The translations under genes were made by a program, and so were the position numbers. Positions 12,339-23,706 of a stretch of DNA of 64,000 nucleotides are shown here, one piece after another. Origin of the DNA: Hormiphora californensis (Eukaryota > Animalia > Ctenophora); contig CM035350.1 of NCBI GenBank assembly GCA_020137815.1, positions 9,548,001 to 9,612,000 of the forward strand, given 5' to 3'. Below the pieces are notes generated by a model that ran no database searches, had not been told where the DNA came from, and was given only the letters and a program-made list of their open reading frames with translations. Each line of letters opens with the position of its first letter. The stretch's first letter is position 1.

Positions 12339-15300
12339 ATGGTTAAAAATCATCAAAATGACTCTTCGATTGGTGATGCTGTCGCCGCTATCGATCATAT
12401 TTGTGCCTCGTCTCTACAACTAACGAAGAACCCTCTTGCTATACGTGATCTCGCACAAGATGTCAGTCTCTGGAGCAAGTTACGAGAGTGCCTCTTATTT
12501 GGCGATCCAAGCATCAGGAAGAGAGCGACATTTATCACAAATCTTCTGATATCCCACGATTCGGAGTTAAAAGATACGCTATCTGATGTTGTTTTGGTTT
12601 TGGAAACACTCGAAGAAACTCAAAGTCACATCATTCGTCCTGTGCTAAGTAAAATACACGGTATACATGACGGCTGTGTCAAGGGATCCATCGAGTTGTG
12701 TTGGCTACACGTCATATTCGAGCGATTTCTCAGTCAGGAATCTAAAATGATATCTCGCTGGGGCATGCAATTGTTATTGGACCTCCCTGTTTCCATATTT
12801 CTATCTCCTGAGGGAACTACAATTATTGCAGATCTCCTAAAGCGACATATTTCAAAGACGTACCTGTTTTACAGACCAGCTTTCCAGGAACCGGGTAGCA
12901 CTCCCCCCGTGGCTCAGCTCCTACTGAAGTTCTTCAGGGAATATTTTAGTCAGGTTTCTGATGGGAGTCATCTATTTGGGACAATTCTGGAATTGTTGTC
13001 TTCAACTAAATTGGGATTTATTCCCCTGACCATGATTTCACATGCGATGAAAGAGCAGCAGCTGGGGTTTGTTTTAACATCTGATCATGTTTCAATCCTG
13101 TGCACTGTGTTTTCTTCAACGTTGGCTACAAAACCATCAGATGTCAGACAGTATGTAAAGGAGTGTCTACTGGCCATGGTGGCTGCAAATCTCACCCAAC
13201 ACTGCAGTGAAAAGGCAATTGACCTCATTCTTCCCCTTCTCGATCTCTCTCCCGATGTTACACCAAAACTTGACACAAACACGTTTACCATTTCCCGTGC
13301 CAAACTGCGTACAGAGCTGCAAAAGTTGGCGGAGAATCCATTCCGGACAGGTGGGATTTCCAGTCTGCAGGAAACGACCGAACCGGGTTTTTTTCCACCG
13401 AACCGAACCGAACCGAATTTGAAAAACTTTTTTACCGAACCGAACCGAACCGAACCGAACCGAATTTCGGTAACCGAACCGAACCGAACCATACAAAACT
13501 TTTTCTATATAAATGTTTCTCTAAAAAGTCATGGAGAGCACCGATCAAGGTATTGAGAATCATTCTCTGAAATTTTGTTAAAAAATGTTTGAAAAAATTT
13601 CAAAGTCAATTTTGTGAAAAAATTTTCAAAGTCAATTTTATCGTAAATTTTCTATGTCAATTTTTGCGTACGAATCGTGTTTCGAATCGGCAATGCTATA
13701 CGGGAATGGTATTGCTAATTAGCAGGATTAAACGAACCATGAATCGTGTCTCTCTAAATTTCCTAATTAGATTTGATGGGGATCACGTATCAGCACAATC
13801 CATCTCGGACCCACTAATTACCAACATCACTCCCGTTTAGCATTGTCGATTAGAAACACGATTCGTATACCATAATTTACTTAAAATATTTTTCACAAAA
13901 AAATTTCACAAAATTTCAGGTAATGATTCTCAATACCTTGATCGATGCTCTCCATGAATTTTTAGAGAAACATTTAATTTTGTGAAAAAACTTTGTAAAA
14001 TATTTCAAAGTCAATTTCGGAAAAAAAATTCTATGTCAACTTTGCCGTACGAATCGTGTTGCGAATCGGTGATGCTATGCGGTAGTGCTCTCGCTAATTA
14101 GCAGGATTTATTGAAACATGAATCGTTTCCCCTAAACTTCCTAATTAGATTTGATGGGGGATCACGTATCAGCATAATCCATCTCGGACCCACTAATTAG
14201 CAACATCACTCCCGCTTAGCAATACCGATTCGAAACACGATTCGTACGCAAAAATTGACATAGAAAATTTTCCATAAAATTGACTTTGAAATATTTTCCA
14301 AACTTTTTTTACAAAATTTCAGAGAATGATTCTTAACACCTTGATCGGTGCTCTCCATGAATTTTTTGAAAAAAAAAGTTTCTGAATTTGTTGACGCTCT
14401 CATGAGGACACGATTCGACGGGAAGTCAGGTATCAAATCAATCCATATCGAACCCGCTAACTAGCGAAATCATTTCCACATAGCACCACCGATTCGAAAT
14501 AGGGTTAATACGGCGAAATTGACATTGAAATCCATACAATTTTCGTGAAATAATTGAAAAATTTTGCATGAAAAAGCCCGATTTCTGGGCATTTTTTGAC
14601 CAAAAAATTCGGTGGTTCGGCCAAAATTTCCTACCGAACCGAACCGAACCGAACCGCCCAAAAAACACCGAATTTCCGAACCGAACCGAACCGAACCGAA
14701 TATTCGGTCGCTTCCTGCCAGTCTGCTTAACTCACTACCGTGGAGTGGGGAACAGTATAAGGAATACTGTGGGATGGTCGCTGAGCCTCTTCGAACTTGT
14801 GCAACCAATGTTTACATGCCGATAGAAACTGTAGTTGGGCACGCTCTTGTCCTAAACCAGCTATTCGAATTAGACGAGGTACCAGGTAAAGAGGAGGTGG
14901 TAGAGAATTTGAAGGTGGTGTTAGGTCGTGTAGCTGAAACATCGGAGACATACAATAAGCAGTTTATGGATGTGCTGACTCAGCTTTTATTCACACTCGG
15001 AGTGAAAGATAACTGTATCACTGACTGGTTTCCTCTTCCAGTTAGAGATATTTCGGAGCAGTATATCCTGCGTCAGCTTGGTCCGATGGTTAAGAACTAT
15101 GTGGTTACTAAAATTGATGGGATTGTCATGTTATGGGTCGGGAAACATCTTACCTCCCCTGATCTACCTCTATTGGAAAGCGCCTGGTTGTTACTTGAGA
15201 ATTGTGGGGACGATCATTTGATGTGTTTACCAGACCAACTCCATTCCTGGCTTCTCGATGCCATGGACAGAATCAGGGATGCTTCAGTAATGGAGACCCT

Positions 15301-17185
15301 CTTCAAATTGTCCTGTCGGACATTCAAGGAAGACAACCTTGAGGGCACCCTGAGGGCAATGTGGACAGTTCTCCAGGATGCCATGAATACAGCTCGGTTT
15401 TGGGTGTTGTTGCGACCTTTCTGTGATGTCCTTGTTCAGTCGATGTGGTCTGAGGACGTGTTTGAGTCTATAACACGAGGTTGGATCGAGAAGTTGTTAG
15501 GACATGGCCAACACCAAAGGATTCCGTATACACAACACTCGTAGCTTCTCTATCAACTCTTGGAGAGTTTCATGAGGCCTGCATCGATTTGTTTGTTCGT
15601 CTCTCAGTCTTTGGAGGTGTTAGGTCCCGGGAAAAGAAGAACAGGGAAGATTTGCAAGATTTCCTTGGTTCTAGTTCGTACCAGGAGAGAGTGTGTGCTA
15701 GCAGAATTAGAATAATTGCATGTATTAATCAGTGCTTAAAGAGTAAACCCAGCTTTGCATCTTTAATCCTGGAACGGTACTTGAAAGAGTTCTTCAGCTT
15801 TGAGAGACCCGCTCTCATGAACTCTGTTCCCAACAGAATCCGAATTAGGATTTGGCAAAGCCTTCTTTGTCTCTTACCGACCTTGGTGGAATCGCTCCCG
15901 ACCGATGAAGTTTTCGAGAAGATTATGAGCTGCTTTGACCGCGATAGCCAGCCCTCTGTGCGATGTTTTATTGAGTGTGGTATTGGCATCATCCTGGAGA
16001 TAAATCCAACATTGGTTGAAAAACTATACAGCGATTTGGAAGAATTTGACACACCCCATTCCAACGCATACATTACAGCAGTGCAGTCAATTATTGCTCA
16101 CTTCTTACATTCTCTCCACCTCAAGGGGACCCTAACCCAGATGATGCTAAACAGGGGTCTGGAGAAAGTGATCGTTTGGACATCGGCCAATAATCACAAT
16201 ATCCGGACATTTGCAGGCGCAGCAGTTCTCAGAATCACCAACCTTTACAAGGAACAAGGGTGGGAGGTACCGAGGGAGTTTTTACATCAAATCCGGTTCA
16301 TTTCAACCTTATCTGACTACCAGAAAACCTACGCTAAGTTGTTGAAGTTTAACAAGTACTTTTCTGAGTTTAACAACTCCACCCACCTTGACCCTCTTCA
16401 ACATATTCGCGGGGTTACCCTCACTATATGGTGTCCTGGAGGATGAAATTCCTCCGGGAGGGGGAGTGTCCTAGGAGTGTAGACCTAGCGATCCCTGTGG
16501 ATGGACCCCGGGTCACAGGGTTAGCTGCGGGTTGTGGTGGCCAGGAGGCTGGATACCTAATTTCCTGGAAGGATGTGTTGGTTGAGGCCGGGGCAGGGGA
16601 TTCACTCCAGAAGAAAATCACCCCTTGGCAACTCATGGCATCCTCCCTGGATTTGAAATGTAAACGATCCAGCCATGGAGAGTTAGTTGTATTTGCCTCA
16701 TTTGTTGATAAACCAACTAACCTGGGTGGCCTATCACGAACCTCAGAGATATTTGGAGTACGGACTCTAGTCGTGAATAGCTTGGAAATCCTTAACAACA
16801 AGGAATTCAAATCGCTAAGCCTCACCTCAGAAAAGTGGTTGGAGATTCAGGAGGTTCCTCGAGATTTGGAGTCCGTGACAGCCTATCTGAAGCACGCCTA
16901 AGGAGGTGGAAGGGTATACCATTGTCGGCATTGAACAGGCTACGAACAGTGTCCCTTTACAGAGGTTCAAATTTCCCTACTCGGTCCATTCTCGTCCTGG
17001 GCAGGGAGAAAGATGGGGTTCCCGCTCCCGTTCTGGACCTTTTTGATGTATGTGTAGAGATACCCCAAACGGGGGTCATCAGGAGTCTAAATGTTCACGT
17101 AACTGGGTCTATTGCAGTGTGGGAGTACACTCGACAAGTCCTGGAGTCTGGTGGAGAGGTCATGGATCTCCAGAAGGGTGCTTAA
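12339..17185 (+). CDS. TARBP1: tRNA Gm18 2'-O-methyltransferase (TARBP1/Trm3); interrupted by an insertion and 3 frameshifts
   Basis: ORFs 12339, 14612, 15481, 16428 and 16835 chain together. N-terminal LETLEETQSHIIRPVL; SpoU motifs ASFVDKPTNLGGLSRTSEIFG, LVLGREKDGVP and CVEIPQTGVIRSLNVHVTGSIAVWEY. Confidence 0.9.
13368..14717. mobile_element. Non-autonomous hAT-like DNA transposon (1350 bp)
   Basis: TIRs CAGGAA(A/G)CGACCGAA; exact 8-bp TSD CCAGTCTG (13360-13367 and 14718-14725); subterminal (CCGAA)n; internal inverted repeats. Confidence 0.93.
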
Positions 17186-17429
17186 CGGGTTGTGAGGTTC
17201 GAATAGGGTGCTTAGCATGTTGTAAGGTTCGTCCGTCACCAATGCTACAAAGTGGTAGTAGAACTGGAACTTCTCAGTATTCTGTTTTGTTGTGGTTTAT
17301 TGTGACATTCGGGTATTTATTATTTTAACTTTTGGGAAAATACTGTTTTTGATACCAATATTATTCAACACGTTTTGTAACTCTAACACTTCTGTTCTAT
17401 TACACTTCGATTCTGTTATTACACTAGTC

Positions 17430-20400
17430 ATGACAAATGGTCTGTGTGAGATTTGCAATGAATTTCTATTGGTGCCCCGGTTTCTTCCCTGCCTGCACAG
17501 TTTCTGCTCAAGTTGCCTGGATCGCTCCATTTCAACTACAGAGAGACGGATTGTTTGCGTGACGTGTGGAGAGGGAAACACCGTTAAATCAGTGAAAGAT
17601 CTGCCACTAAACCCTGTCTATTTGCACAATGCTAACAGCACTTTTAGACCAGTGGCGTGTTTTGTGTGTGGGGGATCTGCTCAGTTGTCCTGCGAAACAT
17701 GTGATGAGGTATGTGATGTGAGGTACTAAAAAGTTAGACCTATGTGTCTTATAAAAAGTTAGATAAAACGAGAGGATAACATCCTCTCAAATCTCAATAA
17801 TCTCTCGAATCTCGATCCTCCATGCACGTTAGGGTTGGCCTCCTTACTGTTGGTTACGAAGTCACCCCTATTATTGCATATAGGGGTGACAATACCGCTT
17901 ACCTAAAAATGAGAATTTACAGGACCTTCTCATGAAAAGTTATCGAAAACTTGTCTAAAACCTATCTAAAACGTATGGTACTAGTTTGTATAGTAACCAG
18001 GACCTGAATTCTACAGAAAGTAACGACCGGTAGCGATTCCAACACATGTTTAACAACAGAGGTGTGTCGCATAACTCCTTATATGGGCATAAAATTCCAA
18101 TCTTGTGGAATTTATTCTGACTCGACTATAGCTTAGTTATCAATGAATCCACCTCTAATACCTTTGGAATGGCATTTTGCACATTTCTGAAGCTTTTTGT
18201 AGCCAAATTCCAGCATCTTCATAGTTTTCCAAAAACAAAAACAGTGTTAATGGCCAAAATATCGAAAAATTCCGGTATGTAATGGTAGCTCAGACAATTT
18301 CCTCGGTATGTTCAAAAAATTAGAACTTTCTGTTTTGTAGTTTGGACACAGGAATTTTTTTCCCGCCGTACAAGCGATATTATTACCCCTCCGTGAGCTA
18401 GCGCAGAGGGGGAATTTCATTACCAATCCTTACTGTAAGTTTAGTACCTCGGTACGGAGTGGCTTAGGGCTATGAATCGGAGATAAGCACCGCCGGCTTA
18501 CCCAGTGATTGGGAGAGACCCACCACTTGACTTTGACTCTCCCCTCAGGAATATTGTGAGGGTTGTGGTAAGGTCCACCAAAAGATGCGGGCAACTAAGG
18601 ATCACAGTCTGAGACCATGTACCGATACCGGTCAGTCTCTCTCCTGCTCAGCCCACACCAACGCTGCCCTAGAGCTTTCAATAAAACTTTAAAAAAGCTC
18701 TTGGTACGATGACGGACGCAAAGCCAGTAAAAAAAAACCCCTCCTTTACATTCTAATAAAGGGCCCAAATAGGGGCATTTGATTGTCTTTTTAATTTTTA
18801 AAAAAAAACCAAATATTTAGAGGGGGCACGAGTGGGCCCACGGCGGGGGTTGCCAGCAGTTTTAAAGGAACCCCCCGCCAATTCATAACGACCTTTGAGA
18901 GCCTGGAGGTTCTTTAAAAAAATCTCAGCCTAAAAAAGAGAAAAAGAAAGGGGAGTGTTGTGTCGGGTAAAACCACCGGAAAAGGTGATGAAGCACCCCC
19001 CGTACTCCGAGACCAAAGGGGGGAAAGAGGAGAGAAGGGAAAAAGAGAGAGAGAGAAGAGGGGAGAAGAAAGGAGGAGGAGAGAGGAAGAGAGAGAAAAA
19101 GAAAAAGAGGAAGGGGAAAAGAGAGGGGAGAGAAAGAGAGAGAGAGAGAGAAGAGAAGAAGAGAAGAGGAAAAGGGGAAAAAGAAAGAGAAGGGGAAGAA
19201 GAAGAGAGAAAAGGAGGAAAGAGGAGAGCAAATAACTAAGGATAAAAACCCCCCCCCATATATAAAAACTAATTTTTTCTTTTCTCCTCTTTTCATTTTT
19301 TCTCTTCTCTTTCCCTCTCTCTTCCCCTTTTTCTATCTCTCTCCTTTTTCTCTCTCAGGTGTGCCAAGGGACCCCCCAGATATCCAGACAACTGGTTAAG
19401 CGGGTCGAGGGTGAAGGAGGAGAACAATACGTTTGAGGGAGCGAATCCGTGAGAGAAGGGTAGAAACATCTGGTTTTTTTTGGGGGGGCAATGATAAAGA
19501 AAGAACTGATCCACAGTTTTTTTATGTAGGAAATTTGGGAAAGGTTTGGGGTGCTGGGGGAAAAGGATGAGGGGAAGGGACAAACCTAATAGATGAGGTT
19601 TCATGGAGTTGCGATTTTTAGGGTGAGGACAATCTGGGACGCCCCTTCTCCATTAATAAATTAAAACTGGAAGTAATTGATCTGTTGTATATTTTGAGAA
19701 TAGGGGGTTTGTTACGATGAAAAATCTGCAGACTGGGAGTATAAAACCATCACCCGTCACAGTTTATTTTTCATACCCCCAGTTAGAAAACAAGGGGGAG
19801 GTGGAAAATGGGTTTTTGGGGAAACCCTCAGTTGGGGGAAAAAGGGTGGGTACAGAAGGGTCGTTTTGAAAGACGAATTGAAAAAAGTAAAAAAAGAAGA
19901 AGTTTTTTTTTGGGCCAATTTAAAACCAGTTTTGGCTTCCTATATTTAGGGAATAAAAAATATCAAAACCCCTTTAATGGTGTGTTTCCGTACCTATTCT
20001 AACTACATTGTCCCGATAAAAAATCTGAAATCGTATTATCACCAGGATAATTGTAAGTCGTGCCAAGATCAATGGCTCTGGAAAGGACGAAGTTTGGGGT
20101 TGTTCTAAGAAGTGTCTAGTCCCAGTTCAGCCTGTTGTCGCATGCTCTAGTAAGTTGTTGAGTTGGTTACGAAGTCTCCACTATTACGCTGTATAGCTCG
20201 CGTTGAGGGCTGATTTCATTACCAAGTTGTTGAAAAGGTGAAACCACTTCCCCTGTCCCCCAAATCTAACCGCATTCCCCCATTATAGACACCGGACAGA
20301 TAGCACTGGGTATAACAACGGGAATCATCCTTCTCACCCACACGAAGTTCTTCAAGTTTGGAGCTAAGGGAACCTACCCTGGTCAGCTGTTGAGCACTAC

Positions 20401-21150
20401 TGCCCTGGCATTCAGTTCCGTTGGTAATGTCGTGGTAGCGGACCAGAAACTAAATAGAGTTTCAGTCTTTGCACCTGATGGACAGTTTGTGATGTGTTTT
20501 GGAACCACACCAAAAGATGTTAGTTGTCGTGAAATTAGGGATTTTCACCCAACTTTACCTGTTGTCTTTGAAGTTCACCTTTATCATTCTCTGAACGGGG
20601 AACCAGAAACTGCCCAAACTATTCTTCAACTAGCCACATCCATTATACATCCATTATATGCCAAACTAGCCACATTATATGCCAAACTCTCTTACAGGGA
20701 ACACCGAGGGAACACTCCTTAAAGGAACCTGTTGCCCTTGCCCTTGATGAGAAGGATTATGTTTATGTTGTGGATAAGGGAAACAATCGTGTACCAGTAT
20801 TCGATCATGAGGTAGGTTTTTAGTGTTGGTAGTTACCATCAGTGTTTCATCAGTTTTTTGAAAGTTTACTTATTTTTGTTTTTCGACTTCCCCTTTTTAT
20901 CAACCTTTTTTTTGTGACCTGATTCCCCTCCCCCCAGGGTCTTTTCTGAAGAGTTAGGCGGATGAATTTGAGATAAACTTCCTTAAAACCCAGTAGATAT
21001 ATCCCTTTTAAAGGGGTTTTCCCTGTTATTGGACACCCCCACCCAAATTTACCACCCTAGAGTGGTGATAGTAAATCTTGCAGACGAATTGTAGGCAGTA
21101 GTGTAGGGTGGAAAATTTGGTGGGATTATACCCTTCCCCAATTGCCCAGG
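17430..21150 (+). CDS. TRIM-NHL type E3 ligase (RING, B-box, NHL repeats); middle and 3' end degraded by poor sequence
   Basis: RING CEIC..PCLHSFCSSC..CVTC; B-box CFVC..CETCDE|EYCEGCGKVHQKMRATKDH (exon at 18549); NHL-like exons FKFGAKGTYPGQL..VVVADQKLNRVSVF and LKEPVALALDEKDYVYVVDKGNNRV. 3' end approximate. Confidence 0.75.
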
Positions 21151-21428
21151 GCCAGGGTTAATCGTGGAGGGTGGGTTTTTAGTGGTAGGAAAAGAGGTTA
21201 CAATGAAATATTTTAATTAATTTTGTTTGTTTTTAGGGGTTTTTACTGTTTGAATTTAATTTGTAATAAAGTTTTTGGAGTGTTATATTTTAAGTTTTAA
21301 TATTTTTGTTTTCAATAAAGTTTTTCTTTGTCATTTTATCGATTGATTGTTTTCCTCTCTCGTGTTTGTAGTTTAGTTTTACCCTCCTATGATATGACCC
21401 CTCACAAAACCTCCATTCCCAGTTAGTT

Positions 21429-22748
21429 ATGATGGCGGGGATAGATGGAAGGGGCAGTCGAGGGTACTACTCCGAACAGCGTGAAAACAGAGACCACCAG
21501 ATGGCTCAACAGAGAATGGCCGAGCACCGACTCCAAGAACAGAGAATGGCGGAGCAGAGACTTGCCCAACAGCGAATGCTGGAAGAACGCGGCCTGGCCC
21601 CACCGCAACCCCACCACAGTTACCGGGAACACCAGAGAATGAGTGATTACCGGGCTGCCGAGATGAGGTTAGGAGAGCACAGGCTGAACGAACAGAGATA
21701 TGGTCATGATCACCATCACAGAATTGGGGAACACAGGGTGAGGGACTGGAGAGTCCCCTCGGGGGAGAGACAACCCCCACCTGCTGCAGTGGTCACCACT
21801 ACCACCACCACTACTGCAGAGGAAGAGGAGGGGGATGATGTGGGGGTCGGGGAGGAGGTAGAAGAGGAGGTGAATCCAACACACAAGGACCTCCGTCCTA
21901 CCCCTCAACTTGTAAGTTTTTACAGATCTATCCCGCACCGTGCCTCCAGTTTTAACCTAACTTTTGGCGGGGCTAGCGATATATTTTATAGTTGTTAATC
22001 ATGTCTCGTGACCGGTATAAGTTGAAATCATCCCGTTTCTGCAGGTTGCGGATATATACAAGATGGCGGGCAGGAGTTTTACCCACCTTTCTGAACTAAC
22101 AGCCCAGCTAGGACGATCCCAAAACTCGGGTGGAGTTAAGTGGAGTGATGAAGAGCTGAAAATGTTGAGAGATGCGATCCTTAGGCTATCCGAGTCCATT
22201 GATACCATTAGTGATAATATCAAGTCAAAGACGGTGTAAGTTGAGCAGGCGCGCGCGCCAAACTGAGAAATTATGTTGTGTCAGCATTCTAACGATTGCG
22301 CATTGGAAGTTGTTTGGCGCTCAAATTCAACAACAAACGAACTTCAAGTTTGTTTATTTGAGATTCAAGTGGCTTTGCTGTTGCTTTCTAGAGACTCTAA
22401 CGAAAATTGAGTCTTGACAGTCGTTTGTAGGCTATAATAACCGTGATATCTTTCCAGTGAACAGATAAAAGATATGATAAGGAGAGAAAATGCAGCAAAG
22501 GCAAACGACCCCGTAAGTAAAAGACATCTACCATGTAGCGATGATATTGGCATACATTACACGCGGCCCGGTCACAACCCATTTGAGACAACCCTGTACT
22601 TAAAATACAAACATGTAACACACATTCTCCACATCAGGCGACACCGGTAAAGAAAGGACGACCCAGAAAGAAGAAGAATAGCGAGAGAAGAAAGACGGCC
22701 TCCACGGACAATGAACTTTCAACATCCATGGTGCTAGACCAGAACTAA
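21429..22748 (+). CDS. BAP18: Chromatin complexes subunit BAP18-like (SANT), with N-terminal extension and C-terminal AT-hook
   Basis: Exons 21429-21911, 22045-22235, 22458-22512, 22638-22748. VADIYKMAGRSFTHLSELTAQL..KWSDEELKMLRDAILRL..ISDNIKSKTVEQIK matches the BAP18/C17orf49 pattern. Confidence 0.8.
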
Positions 22749-22868
22749 ACTTTGATTTTCTTAGTCTAGCTCCTACACCAGGCGACGTTGAGTGCAGCCC
22801 AGAAACTGTTGATAATTCACCTAGTTAGAACTATTCAAGGGGTTCCCTCCGTAATTTTCACTTTAAGT

Positions 22869-22995
<127 letters not shown>

Positions 22996-23080
22996 CGAGT
23001 AAGAGGAGAAATACAGAGACGGTAAATTAAAAAAGAAGCATAATCTAATCGAAATCCACAACACACAAAGTTTAAATATT

Positions 23081-23462
23081 TCAAACAAAAGTACGACCCT
23101 CCATATCAGCTTCCTTATTCACAACCACTATACTGTCACAACTTAGTATCTCCTGAATTTCCTCACTGTCCCTTGCACCACAACTGCCCCCAAAAGTACC
23201 GGGCGGTAAGTTTATCTGGGACAACCTCCGGTATATCCTATCTTGTAGTTCTATCAGCGTGTTGCTATTAGTGTCTGGCTGATCTACACCCGCACTTGAG
23301 ACACTCGTCTGGCCACGGTGTTGCGATGCTCCCAGTAGAGAGGTGTGGTACCCAGCAAATATTACCTCCCGGTACACGACCATGATGGGTATGGGGTTTA
23401 GGGCCACCGGTAATAATCTGAAGGAGAGTAGGGGTTAGAAAGAGACAGACAGACAGATTGGC

Positions 23463-23493
<31 letters not shown>

Positions 23494-23527
23494 TTGGCTG
23501 ACAGACAGACAGACAGACAGATTGGCT

Positions 23528-23569
<42 letters not shown>

Positions 23570-23574
23570 TTGGC

Positions 23575-23605
<31 letters not shown>

Positions 23606-23611
23606 TTGGCT

Positions 23612-23706
<95 letters not shown>

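Noticed and set aside
18680-21260. Lys/Glu/Phe-rich ORFs and odd composition
   Set aside because: Homopolymer-inflated, low-quality consensus over TRIM exons and a GA tract
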